A stretch of DNA of 62,852 nt, the filler included, from Octopus bimaculoides (taxonomy: Eukaryota): assembly GCF_001194135.2 (NCBI RefSeq). It is 7 parts of 7 records of this genome, joined end to end, with 100 filler letters (N's around TTAATTAATTAA, not from the genome) between each part and the next. Parts side by side here need not be neighbours in the genome. Positions count along the whole stretch, not along the records: positions 30,092 to 44,993 come from NC_068981.1; positions 45,094 to 47,871 come from NC_068987.1; positions 47,972 to 56,079 come from NC_068989.1; 4 more parts are not named here. One strand, given 5' to 3'. Each line of letters begins with the position of its first letter. Position 1 is the stretch's first letter. Below the pieces are notes generated by a model. The model was given only the letters and a program-made list of their open reading frames with translations, searched no databases and was not told the origin of the DNA. Positions 38,664 through 50,511 of the stretch are shown here, in pieces. A program made the position numbers and the translations under genes.

Positions 38664-40483
38664 GTTTCAATAGGCTCCACATTGTTACGTTGTAACATGA
38701 TGTTACCGATACAAGAAATCAGAGATATGTGAAGCCGTGAGGCGGGAAGATTTGGTAAGAGATTTGCATGGGAACTAGAGTCGAAGATATTTTTCGATGT
38801 CTTGAAAAGCATTTTTGTCGAAAGTCTCTAAATGAATCCTATGGGGTGTGACATAAATAATGTGACACCCTGGGTGTTGTTTGGAGAATCTCTATTTTAG
38901 TAACTGAAGAGAGAGTTGAAGACCAAAATTGTGAGTGTGAGAGACATTATAGTAAATGGCATGCATGGTAAATGACATTGCGTTGGAGCAATTGGAAGGT
39001 ATCGGTTGGCTAAGATTCTTTTACCTTCTTTGGAACGGGACACAATAATACTTACTTTGAAAACAAACCACCAACAATTTTTACTGCTCGGAAATGAAGA
39101 GGCATTTAATTTTTATTTCGTTTTTTAATACGAACTATATTATATGTTGTAAGTATACATCGTCTGCAGAAATATTAATATTTAAAATATGTACACGATG
39201 AATGATATATATATATGTGTGTGGATGGTAGCTGCAAATACGATGTGTGTCTTAAAGAAGTTCGCCTTTCTGGCTGGAATCATATACAATTAATTCTAAA
39301 TATTAAGTCAATTTTACCTACATTTCGAGATAATACATAATATTGGTATTGTTGAAATTGTCTAAAGACATAAAGAGAGTAATGTATGGATATTATTTAA
39401 ATGTGATAGTACAAGAATCAAATATAAGCACTTAGTTGTAATATTAATCAAAAGAAATATTAGGGTCTTGTGAGCATATTAATGAATTTCATATGTATGG
39501 ATATCTGACGGCAAATAAATTTTAGATACGTTTTAAGGAAATCACTTTTTCCGTTAGTGTTTAAATTATTTTATCTTAAAAATAATTTAAACAGTCAATA
39601 AATCTGCCAAAATTTCAAATAATATTCATATGCGCAAGATAATCCTTACTGGATAATCTACTGACGTTTTTCATGAAGAGGAAAGGAAACTACATATTTT
39701 TAGCACACCACAAGACACGCTTACTCAATAGCACAGATTTTGTTGTCATTGCAATCAACAGTTTGTGTTTGGCAAAAAGAAATTACAAGTATTCAACAAA
39801 TAACTGCCAAAATCTAAATAAAGAGTGATTCTTTCTCAGATTGTTATCTTATATCCTTTCATTCAGAAGAACGGAGATCACACTGTGTTTTGATTATTTA
39901 TACTCTAGGTCTGAAGTAAAAGGATACCTTGAATGTCAGTACGCATTTAAATTAAACTGCTATACTTAATGCAAGCCAATGTGAACACGTACATATCTGA
40001 AGTACAATCACGTACAGCATGGGATCGAGAGCATTGAACCTAATAAGGAAACCTATTTCGAGATTCTTACACAACAAATCGGCATGAGATTTTTTTCTTT
40101 TAATAAGAAATCTAGATGATCTGAATGAATAGACGTATGATCAGCAGAAGTCATCGTAAGTAGAGAAACATAAGATGTCGCAAGCGCACACAATTATTGC
40201 AGGTATGATATACACCAGTATATCATCTATAATTTTTAGGAAAAAGATGTGTTTTATGAATATTACTTTCCATTCATCTGGTTCATATTACAGAACGTTA
40301 TCCTACATACTGTTTTATTTTAAAGATTACGAATTGAAAATCATAGCAGTAGGTGTCGGAATTCATACATAGTGCTTCAGAATCAGACGATGTAAATTTT
40401 TCATCTTATTTACGTTTTACATTGTTGTTTTGTACACGCACGCGCAAGAAGACACACACACACACACACACATGCACACAAAT

Positions 40484-40567
<84 letters not shown>

Positions 40568-40577
40568 NNNNNNNNNN

Positions 40578-40613
<36 letters not shown>

Positions 40614-40929
40614 TCATAAGGTACAGTGTCTATTTAAACACATGAGAGGAATCCAATTATGGGATTCCTTTCGCTAGAAAGAACAGCTAGGTTCTAGAAC
40701 CACAAAATTAGGGATGAAATCCCGAAAGGACCGAAATGAAAACTAAGACATTTACCATCTATTTTCCTGGACCAATTGGTTTCTGACTTTAGTTTGCCAA
40801 ATAAGATAATTTGGTAGGTGAAGTCGTCTTCAACAGGTACACCTAAGATTAAAATATATAAACACTCGTGTTTATATATTGGCAAAAGCAAGATAGAACT
40901 AAAGGTGCCACGTTAGACTGAGAAATTGG

Positions 40930-42400
40930 AAGAGTTCTGGAAGAAGATATGGAGCACCAAAAAAAAAAAACTTAATGCTGACGCTGACTGGACAGTGCGT
41001 GACAAATTGAGACTGGATGAAGTTGAAGAGTAGAAATAGAAGGCAATAAGAATAGAAGGGCTAAGATGTTTTCTTATGAAGTCTCACAAATAGAAAACTC
41101 CAGGACTGGACCGAATTCCTAAATTCTGGCTAAATTGTCTGAGTGGAGTACACCAAACTTGCTACATCTCTGACTGATGTCATCCAAAACCCAGAGCAAA
41201 TACATGCCTGGCTGTCTGAAGGAACAACATACTTTCAATCAAAAACTGTAGACACATAAAATCAATTGAACTACTGACCAATATCTCTCAACACCACCTA
41301 CAAGATCCTCACATCCATATTAGCTGACAAAATATACGCTGTCCTTGAACAAAGATCTGTCCTTCCACAAGTTTAAAAAGGCTGTGAATGGAATAATTAT
41401 GGGTGAAAAGATCAATTACTGATATGCAAAATGCTTGTAAAGAATTGCCGGTGCAAAAAGAAGCTGAGTATGATATGGATAGATTACAGAAAAGCGTTTC
41501 ATAGTGTCCCAAATAAGAGGATGTTCAAAGCCCATTGAGATATTTAAGATCTCTCCGGTCATCTACAAATTCTTATAAGGTAACATGGCCAAGTGGAACA
41601 TAGTCTCCTTCTAAGCCGTAGTAATGGGATGAGCCAAACTACCAACTTCAGCATAAAACGAGGCCTGTTTCAAGGTGAATCCCTCACCCCATTACGCTTT
41701 TGCAAGGCGGCATGTTTTCACTCTCATACGAACTAAATAACATCAGGTATAGGTTCAAACTTTTACAATACGACAATAAACCGTCTGTTTTATATGGCCG
41801 ATTTGAAGCTGTTTGCTATAAATTTCGAAGAACAAGCAGGTCTTCTAACAACTGTTAAAGAATTCAGCAATGCCATCGTGATGGACTTTCGCCTCCATTA
41901 GTGTGCTAAAGCAATTTTTTAAGAGGCAAACTCAGGCGAACAGCTTCCATTAAATTGTATACCGACATTACTATCAAGTAGCTTGACGCACAGGAAGATT
42001 ACAAATACCTCGGGATAAACGAAGGAGATGGTATACAACATGCTACTATGAAGGAAACAATAAGAAAGTAATATTACAGGACAATAAAATACTATAAACT
42101 GAACTCCGCTCCAAGAAGAAGAAGAAGAAGAAGAAGAAGAAGAAGAAGAAGAAGAAGAAGAAGAAGAAGAATATTGCATCGAAGCCATTAACACCCTGAG
42201 ATGTCTAGTAGTCCAATATAGTTTTAACATTATTAATTGGAATCTTACAGAGCTCCAACGCCTAGAATAGAAGACAAGATAAATTCTAACTTATAAGAAC
42301 ATGCACCATCCAAAAGCAGATGTTGCTTGTCTGTACCTACGTAGAAGTAATGGTGGAAGAGGAATGATACAGGTAGAACTGTGCTACAGGAACAGATAAC
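40930..42400 (+). mobile_element. R4/Dong-clade LINE RT remnant with internal (GAA)n
   Basis: PGLDRIP, NTTYKILTSIL, WIDYRKAF, GLFQGESLTP, LFYMADLKLF, YKYLG, IEAINTL, GGRGMI. Confidence 0.85.
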
Positions 42401-42429
42401 GTGCCCAGTGAGAACACGCAAGTGAAAGT

Positions 42430-43620
42430 TGGCAGTGAAGAAGAGGAGCAAATTGTAAATGTAAGTGTAATCTCAGCAAAAGAAGCAGAGGTAATAGCAA
42501 GAGCTATATCACAGTAATAGGATGATGACCGATAAAATATAGTGGGGACGCTGCGGAGATATATTAGAGAAGACCGGGATCAAGAACCCCCTAACCTGAG
42601 GTGCTTCGATTGACGCAAACTCAAGGTTGATAATATTAAGACAGATTTGCTTCTTGGGCTCTCGTAGACGGGAAATATAACTGAAATAAACAAGATTATT
42701 TGGGCTGCCACTAAGGTTTCAGCAGAAGGATTGGATATAATAGAATGGAACAAAGAGAAAGTAAAGGACCAAGCTAGCGTAGACGAGTGCGTGAGAATCA
42801 AAGTAAATTAAAAAGACATTCAGGAAAAGTTGATAAATTGAGAAGAGGTAAATTGCAGAACGAAAACTTAAGAGTGATGCTGGAAGGAAGATATAGAATA
42901 AGATATAAAGGTTAAGAGTATTAGCAACCAAAGCAAAACTGGAAATTTATCACAATACAAAAAAAATGAAAGACAGTTAAGGCTAAACAGATTGCTTAAA
43001 GTGAATCAGAAGAAACTGTTTCAGGAACTAGTTGGGCAATTACACTAACAATGATAGCAGATGCAGAGGACAGCCAAGCATTCTGGAGAGGGATCTGGGC
43101 CCAAACTGTAGAGCATAATGATGAAGCGGTGTGGTTGAATGAATTCTATGTTATGTTAAGAAATACAGCAGTTCAAGAAGATATAAAGGGACTACAGAAG
43201 TGACAATAAAGCAGTCAAGAAAGTTCACAAATTGGAAGAGCACAGGGCTGGATGGGGTCGAGGGTTATTGGATGAATAAACTGACTGGGATCCATGAAAG
43301 TATAGCACAACAGATAGATGAGTGCTTGCATGGAGGCACGGTACCCAGCTGGATGACAGAGGGAAATATATTATGTGCCAAAGATCTTGAAAAGCGAAAA
43401 GCGAAATGGTGCATCCATCTTTAAACCAATAACATACCTTCCGGTGGTGTCAAATTAATGTCAGGTGCTTTGGCAGGTGAGCTGTATAGATACTTGGAAA
43501 AAGTGGGCTTCTACCCATTGAACAGAAAGGTTACCTAAAAAGGAGCTGGGGGACGAAATATCAGCTCTAATTGATAATCTAACTATCAGGAACTGCAAGA
43601 GATGACATAGACTGGTACCT
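42430..43620 (+). mobile_element. R4/Dong-clade LINE N-terminal/early RT remnant
   Basis: NITEINKIIWAA, NQKKLFQEL, FWRGIW, NWKSTGLDGVEGYW, PSWMTEG. Confidence 0.75.
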
Positions 43621-43624
43621 AATT

Positions 43625-44185
43625 TTTTGATCCCGAAAGAATGAAAAGTAAATTCTGAATGTAAAGACGGACGAAATTCTGCTAAGCATTTTCCCCGACG
43701 TACTAACGATTCAGCCAGCTCGCTGCAATAATAATAATCCTTTCTACTATAGGCACAACGTCTGAAATTTGGAGTAGTGTATTGCATCGATCTCACTACT
43801 CTACTGGTACTTTATTTATCGACCGTGAAAGGACGAAATGCAAAGTTGACCTCAGCGAAATTTGATCTCAGAACGTAAAGACGGACGAAATATCGCTAAG
43901 CACTTTGCCCGACGTGCTAATGATTCTGCCAGCTTGCTGCCTTACCAATAATAATACTACTACGCTGCCTTACAAATAATAATGCTACGAAAGGCAGAAA
44001 AACTGAAATTTAGTTGGAGTGGAGTAGTCTGTTACAACGACGCCAAAGTTTCACTGGTACTTAATTAATCGACTCATAGAGTATGAAAGGTACACTGGAC
44101 CTCGGCGGAATTTGAACCCAGAATGTAAATAAAAACGGACCAAAGGCCACTAAACATCTTGTCCTGCGTTTTATCGATTCTGCCA
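43625..44185 (-). mobile_element. Three head-to-tail SINE family A copies
   Basis: Copies at ~43625-43726, ~43728-43941 and ~43975-44185, separated by short AAT-rich tails. Confidence 0.82.
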
Positions 44186-45093
44186 GATCACTGCCTTAGC
44201 AATAATTATAATATTCCAGGCAAGGGCGCTCATTCTCTTCTGATCTTAACTCTTTGGAAGTGTTATCGTGCTTATGTTTTTTTTTTCTCAGTATATAAAA
44301 ATGGGCTACAGCAATTGTTGTGCTCTATACGACAGATTTGCTAGATGGTTGCTTGACATGCATCAGCTAGAGGTGCATCATAACCATGACCTGGGGGGAA
44401 TTTGTGATGCTTAAATAACGTATGTCTGGAAACATGGGCGTTTCGCCCACCAGATTTAAGCGACCCTCATTCAGTGACCATTTGAGCGGGATGGCTACTC
44501 GACATGAAGGAAATATTAACTGGCGTGAGCTGCCAGTTCATGGACTATCTATCTTGATAAGAGGTAACTATGACGCACGCATATGGGTTGTGATGCATTT
44601 GTCTGGTGTATCCTTAGGTTCAAATAGGATTGAAATTGCATGCAAATACTATTTACCGTCAGAATACTTCTGCTAAAATCTCATACGAAATATTGTCTTC
44701 TTGACCGACAGACGTGCCTACTGACATCATTGTACCTGGGAGAGAGCCTTAGGCAAAGTTTTCTGACGTGATATCACCTGATACATATCAGTTGTGCGCT
44801 TGTACAGCATTGAATGGTAAAACTTCAATAAATTTAGTTTTTAATTGTATATGACATTTATGTTCTGAATATCAATATGTTTCTAGCAGCTAAACAAGTA
44901 CTAAGCAAAACATAATCTTTCTTGCGAGCGCACCTGAAATTAAAATTCATTTTACACAACAACAAAATTGCAATAATGTTTTAATTCGATTACNNNNNNN
45001 NNNNNNNNNNNNNNNNNNNNNNNNNNNNNNNNNNNNNTTAATTAATTAANNNNNNNNNNNNNNNNNNNNNNNNNNNNNNNNNNNNNNNNNNNN

Positions 45094-45328
45094 GTTTTGC
45101 GTAGGATGTGTGCAGTGCCCAGTAGTGCAATTTTCTGTATGTTATATATATTTGTAAGTCCTGGTGTTTTAGCTATGTATTTGTCTGAATATTTTTTTAT
45201 TATACCTAAGGCACCTACTATGATAGGAATTGTTTCTGTTTTTAGATTCAACATTTGAGTTACCTCTATTTCCAGGTCTTTGTATTTTGAAAGTTTCTCC
45301 ATTTCTTTTAGGGAAACGTTGTCATCTG

Positions 45329-45330
<2 letters not shown>
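45094..45330 (-). mobile_element. R4/Dong REL C-terminal fragment
   Basis: EKLSKYKDLEIEV...TIPIIVGALG...KIALLGTAHILRK. The 5' junction abuts (AAT)n. Confidence 0.88.
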
Positions 45331-45389
<59 letters not shown>

Positions 45390-45392
<3 letters not shown>

Positions 45393-45531
45393 CATGTGCT
45401 TTCACTATACTATCGAGCGCAGCTTTGTGTGCCATGGGTGTGCGTTGTGGTTTGTTGTGATGCTCTTATCTTAACTGTATTGAAAGTGTTTTACGTAGGA
45501 TCTGTGCAGTACCTAGTAGTACTATTTTCTG

Positions 45532-45535
<4 letters not shown>
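45390..45535 (-). mobile_element. R4/Dong extreme 3' end + 3' UTR with (AAT)n tail
   Basis: Reverse complement of 47216-47380. Confidence 0.8.
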
Positions 45536-45604
<69 letters not shown>

Positions 45605-45606
<2 letters not shown>

Positions 45607-47380
45607 CTTGCATAACAAAAACACCAGGAAATACATGTATCTACATTATCGGCCATAATATAAGGGTCAGTAAGAACACGTTTATTGAAATATTTATTAT
45701 AGAAAATTAACAACATTTTGAGACTAGATATTTTACACATATTTAGACATATCTAATATCTATCTCTCAAGAAAAATTTAAGTGAATGGAATAAATATTT
45801 TATAAGTTATGAGGAAATAAACAAATGATCTCCCAAACTACAATGGCCAAAAGATAAGAGTCACTTATAAAAACAATCTAAAATGGAATAAGAACAACAA
45901 TGAAAAGTAGAATAAGAACAAAAAGAAACTCTTACTATTTTGTGAACATCCCTTTACTATCAATGACCTCCTGACATCTGTTACCACAGAATTGAATTAA
46001 TTTCTTTCAAAATGATGGAGTAATATTGATCCATTCAGTCTTCAATTTCCCAGAGTTCATCTTGGTTCTTTGGATTTCACCTTCGCGACCCATCTCCAAT
46101 AAGCTTCCAAACGTTTTCTATAGGGTTGAGAACGGGACTTTGAGGTGGCCAGTCCATAAGATCAACCCGTTCATCCCTCAAAAAATATTTGACTGTCTTC
46201 GTAGTATGACAGGGAGCGTTGTCCTGCACGAACACTGGAGGTTGAACTGACAAAGATCGGAAATGTGAAAGGCCATGCTGTCTAAGAATCTGCTTGTAGA
46301 TTTCAGCATTGACAGTCCCTTGTAGGCGCAAAAGTGAACCAGGACAAGCAGCAGAGATCACTTCTCATACCATTACATTGCCTCTTCCATATATCCCAGT
46401 CTTCTTCGTTGGATTACTTCCCGCCATCGGATCCAATCACATTAAATTCGATTCATCGCAAAAATGAATCTGCGACTACTGTTCTTCTGTACAGACGACA
46501 TGTTCGTGAGCGAACATGTTGGGCTCTTTGATTCTTCTTGGCGATTATAGTTTTCTTTGCCGGTGCCCGAACAAGCAACCCAGAAACTCTAACCTCTGAG
46601 AAATTGTTTTGCGCAATACGCTGGCCTCGGAAGAGGAGCTAAACTCGCGGGATATCTCAGTAGCAAGCTTAACCCTATCCTTCAGTGATATTCTAACCAG
46701 AATATGATCCTGTCTTGGTAAAGTTTTACGAGATCTACTGGTTTTGGGTTTAGCATCTCTCGATCCTGATGACTTAAAACGAGCTACAGTAGTTGTTGCT
46801 CTCACAGAATTCGACTTGCCCTCTTGATGAAGGGACACAATTCTTTGCTTATCATCACAGGACACCGGTCGTCTATCACAAGACGCCATGTTGACAGTTG
46901 AATGTTCCAATAATATACGATCACAAGAAGTAACTGTTAGCCCGTTAACAGTCTTCTAAACAACAAATACCTCGGTTAGTTGTTCATTTTTTCTAAGTGA
47001 CCCTTAACTTTTGGTCGCTACAATTTGGAAGATTGCTTATTTCATCATAACTTACGAAGTGTTTATTTCATTAACTTGAAATTTTCCGGATGATAGATAT
47101 TTAATATATCTAATTATGTATAAAATATGTAGTCTCTGCACGTTGTTAATCTTCTATAATAACTACTTCAATACACTTGTTCTTACTGACCCTTATATTA
47201 TGGCCGCTACTGTGTAACATACAGAAGGTAGCACTACTAGGCACCGCACACATCTTACGTAAAACACTTTCATTACATTGAAAATAAGAGCACCACAACA
47301 AACCGCAACACATACCCAAAGCACACAAAACTACCCTCGGTAGTGCAGTGAAAGCACGTGATAAACATAAGAATACTGAA
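45605..47380 (+). mobile_element. R4/Dong 3' fragment split by a Tc1 insertion
   Basis: ITKTPG codons lie left of the Tc1 and NIQKVALLGTAHILRKTLS + 3' UTR + (GAT)n(AAT)n tail lie right of it. Confidence 0.82.
45644..47212 (-). mobile_element. Tc1-family transposon (second family) with IR/DR ends
   Basis: Left TA|CATTATCGGCCATAATATAAGGGTCAG, right CTGACCCTTATATTATGGCCGCTACTG. Inner repeats at ~45843-45870 and ~46991-47020. Transposase motifs FVQDNAPCH and WPPQSPVLNPIENVW. Confidence 0.92.
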
Positions 47381-47385
47381 TGATA

Positions 47386-47494
<109 letters not shown>

Positions 47495-47496
47495 GG

Positions 47497-47657
47497 AAGA
47501 CACCGGGGAAGTTTAACAGAAAACACCGGGGAAGTTTAACAGAAGACACCGGGGAAGTTTAACAGGAAGGCACCGGGGAAGTTTAACAGAAGACACCGGG
47601 GAAGTTTAACAGAAGACACCGGGGAAGTTTAACAGAAGACACCGGGGAGGTTTAACA
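47497..47657 (+). repeat. Minisatellite, 7 x 23 bp (AAGACACCGGGGAAGTTTAACAG)
   Basis: CACCGGGG at 47501, 47524, 47547, 47571, 47594, 47617 and 47640, with no spacers. Confidence 0.95.
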
Positions 47658-48865
47658 TGTGAGAACGATAAATCACTGCTCCGAAACTTATCCAAAAACA
47701 TCGGAAATAAAGACATCGCATTGAGCCAAAAAATAGCTGACAAAAGGTTGGACTATATCCGAGTAAGTAATACTCATTGAAATTTATTTCTATTTTTCCA
47801 AATATAATGATGTATTTTAACTTGATACCTCCACTACCCGCACAGCGATCGTAAACACACGTGTTACATCANNNNNNNNNNNNNNNNNNNNNNNNNNNNN
47901 NNNNNNNNNNNNNNNTTAATTAATTAANNNNNNNNNNNNNNNNNNNNNNNNNNNNNNNNNNNNNNNNNNNNATATATATATATATAAAGTATATGCATAT
48001 GAGAAAATTAATGCGGACGTATACCACTATGTACACGTATATTTGGACATACACGGATACACTCAACATACACACACACACATAGACACACACGCACACA
48101 TACACAAACATATATACATATGTAAACACATAAAGGTGCAATGGTTTTCTCTGTGCCAACAGGTGTGTGTGTGTATGTGTATTCACTTGCATTACTGTGT
48201 TCTCTACCGCCGGATATTATTCAAACATTATAAACTGATTTTGTACATCCGGCCATAACTTTTATTCTAGCACAAATTTGGACTTAAATCAGATTGAGAA
48301 ATATTTGCGTCTTTAATCGTTGGCACAGAAGCAGAGAATTTTTAGTTGAAAATATAAACGAGTTTCACAGGCAAAGGGCGACAGAGAGAATACTAAAACC
48401 TCTTTGAATGTTTGTGTGAATGTCTGTGAGATGTTTTTGTTGTCATTGATTTTTGCGTCGTGGCTGTTGTTGTTGTTGCTGTTGTTACTTTTATTGTTAA
48501 TCAATGAAAGGCTAGAGTTTCAAGTGAATGCGAAGACCTTCCAGCATTTTTGACAATCGAAGAGTTATTGTAACTGCTGAGTAATTGGAATTAAGTCTGT
48601 CGTGGTTGCCCAGTGGAGATAATCCGTCTTGATAGGTGACAGCATTTCTTTTCTACTCGCTTAAATGCAGGATGAAACATCTTTCAATATTACAACACAG
48701 CTATCAAAATATCTCCCCACCACAAAAAGTGCCACACACAGAAAAAAAAAAAATAAGAGCTAGTAAAATGTTAAGCATTTCTAAGACACGTTCTTCTGTC
48801 AGTAAGTTAATGAATTACTTTTCTATCTAAATTTATATCTAACACTTGTATCTCCGCCACACACA

Positions 48866-48931
<66 letters not shown>

Positions 48932-49157
48932 NNNNNNNNNNNNNNNNNNNNNNNNNNNNNNNNNNNNNNNNNNNNNNNNNNNNNNNNNNNNNNNNNNNNN
49001 NNNNNNNNNNNNNNNNNNNNNNNNNNNNNNNNNNNNNNNNNNNNNNNNNNNNNNNNNNNNNNNNNNNNNNNNNNNNNNNNNNNNNNNNNNNNNNNNNNNN
49101 NNNNNNNNNNNNNNNNNNNNNNNNNNNNNNNNNNNNNNNNNNNNNNNNNNNNNNNNN

Positions 49158-49235
<78 letters not shown>

Positions 49236-49942
49236 TTGTTAGACTTATTTTTTCCTTATAATTCGCATATTATTGCATTCGCATCTGAATCTATATGGAA
49301 GCATTCATGTAAAAGAGAGATGTCTCTATCAAGAAATTGACACTTTAAAAAAATAGTAAAAAAGCATCAACAAAAAAAAAAAAGGATGCTGGATGGAATC
49401 TTTGCAAATGTCTACGAGTATTTGCTTTAATACACTGGAACCAACTGCCAATAGAGTTCATGAAGGAAAGGTTTAGGTCATGGAAATAAATTAACAGTTC
49501 CGGTTCCAAGCTGCAAAACTCGGCATAAAATCTGTCAAAGATAGTGAATGAATTGTTGTTGCCACTTATGTAGACAACAGCAGTGTCTTGAATACCTATC
49601 CATCCATCCATTCATCTATCCATCTCTATATGTGTGTATGTGAGTGTGTTTTTATGTATATGTATATATGCGCGTGTATGCATATATAGAGACAGAGATG
49701 GAAAGAGAATGTTTGAGAACGTGAGAAAGTTAGCAGTGACGGTGAGAAAACTACTTTCTTGATAAATACCAAGATGCACCATACATATTCTTATATGACT
49801 TGGTATCGAATGCTCTGCCCAGCCCCTATACATATATGTGCAACAATTACATACATAAATAAATGCACACTCATACAATTTTTTGCATACATACATGCAT
49901 ACATGCATACATACACGCATACGCACATACATAGATACATAG

Positions 49943-50004
<62 letters not shown>

Positions 50005-50172
50005 AGAAAGAGAGAGATAAATAGATAGATAGATGTATTTATGTTTCTGGTTGCTGAAATGACAACAGACATTTACTAAGAAGTGATCGGCATCCGATGT
50101 ATTTAGGGACAAGCTGATAAATAAACGGGAGAATTACTGCCTTTAATGTTGTGACATTCATGCGATTAGATC

Positions 50173-50511
50173 ATTAACGACCACAAGAATAGCTTTAAAA
50201 TCATTGACTTGGTTTGTGCTGTCTTTATAATTATGAGGAAAATTAGTAAGCGATGAAAAATACGACATTATCGGGAGAGCTAAAGAAAACTGAAATAGCA
50301 TCTAAGATGTTAGATAAGATTATGTAAAAGGAGAAGGGTAGAGAGGGAATACTTGAGCGACATTAAATGCTGAGAACGTTACGCGTTTATGAAGGATGTA
50401 GTTCATGTTGTGATAGCCTAATATAAACGTGAAATGTTACGTTTAAATTTGGCCTTAACTTATACCTTGAACTTCGGGCACACGACGCTGGTCTTATTGT
50501 GGTCGCTTAAT
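50173..50511. mobile_element. Possible old MITE
   Basis: Imperfect inverted repeat ATTAACGACCACAAGAATAGC vs GCTGGTCTTATTGTGGTCGCTTAAT. Confidence 0.3.

Noticed and set aside
40711-40736. Hammerhead-like GGGATGA..TCCCGAAAGGA..GAAA
   Set aside because: C3/U4 are missing, a competing GGGAT/ATCCC hairpin forms, and there is no stem I.
47497-47657. CRISPR-like array
   Set aside because: Contiguous repeats without unique spacers, no cas genes, eukaryotic context.
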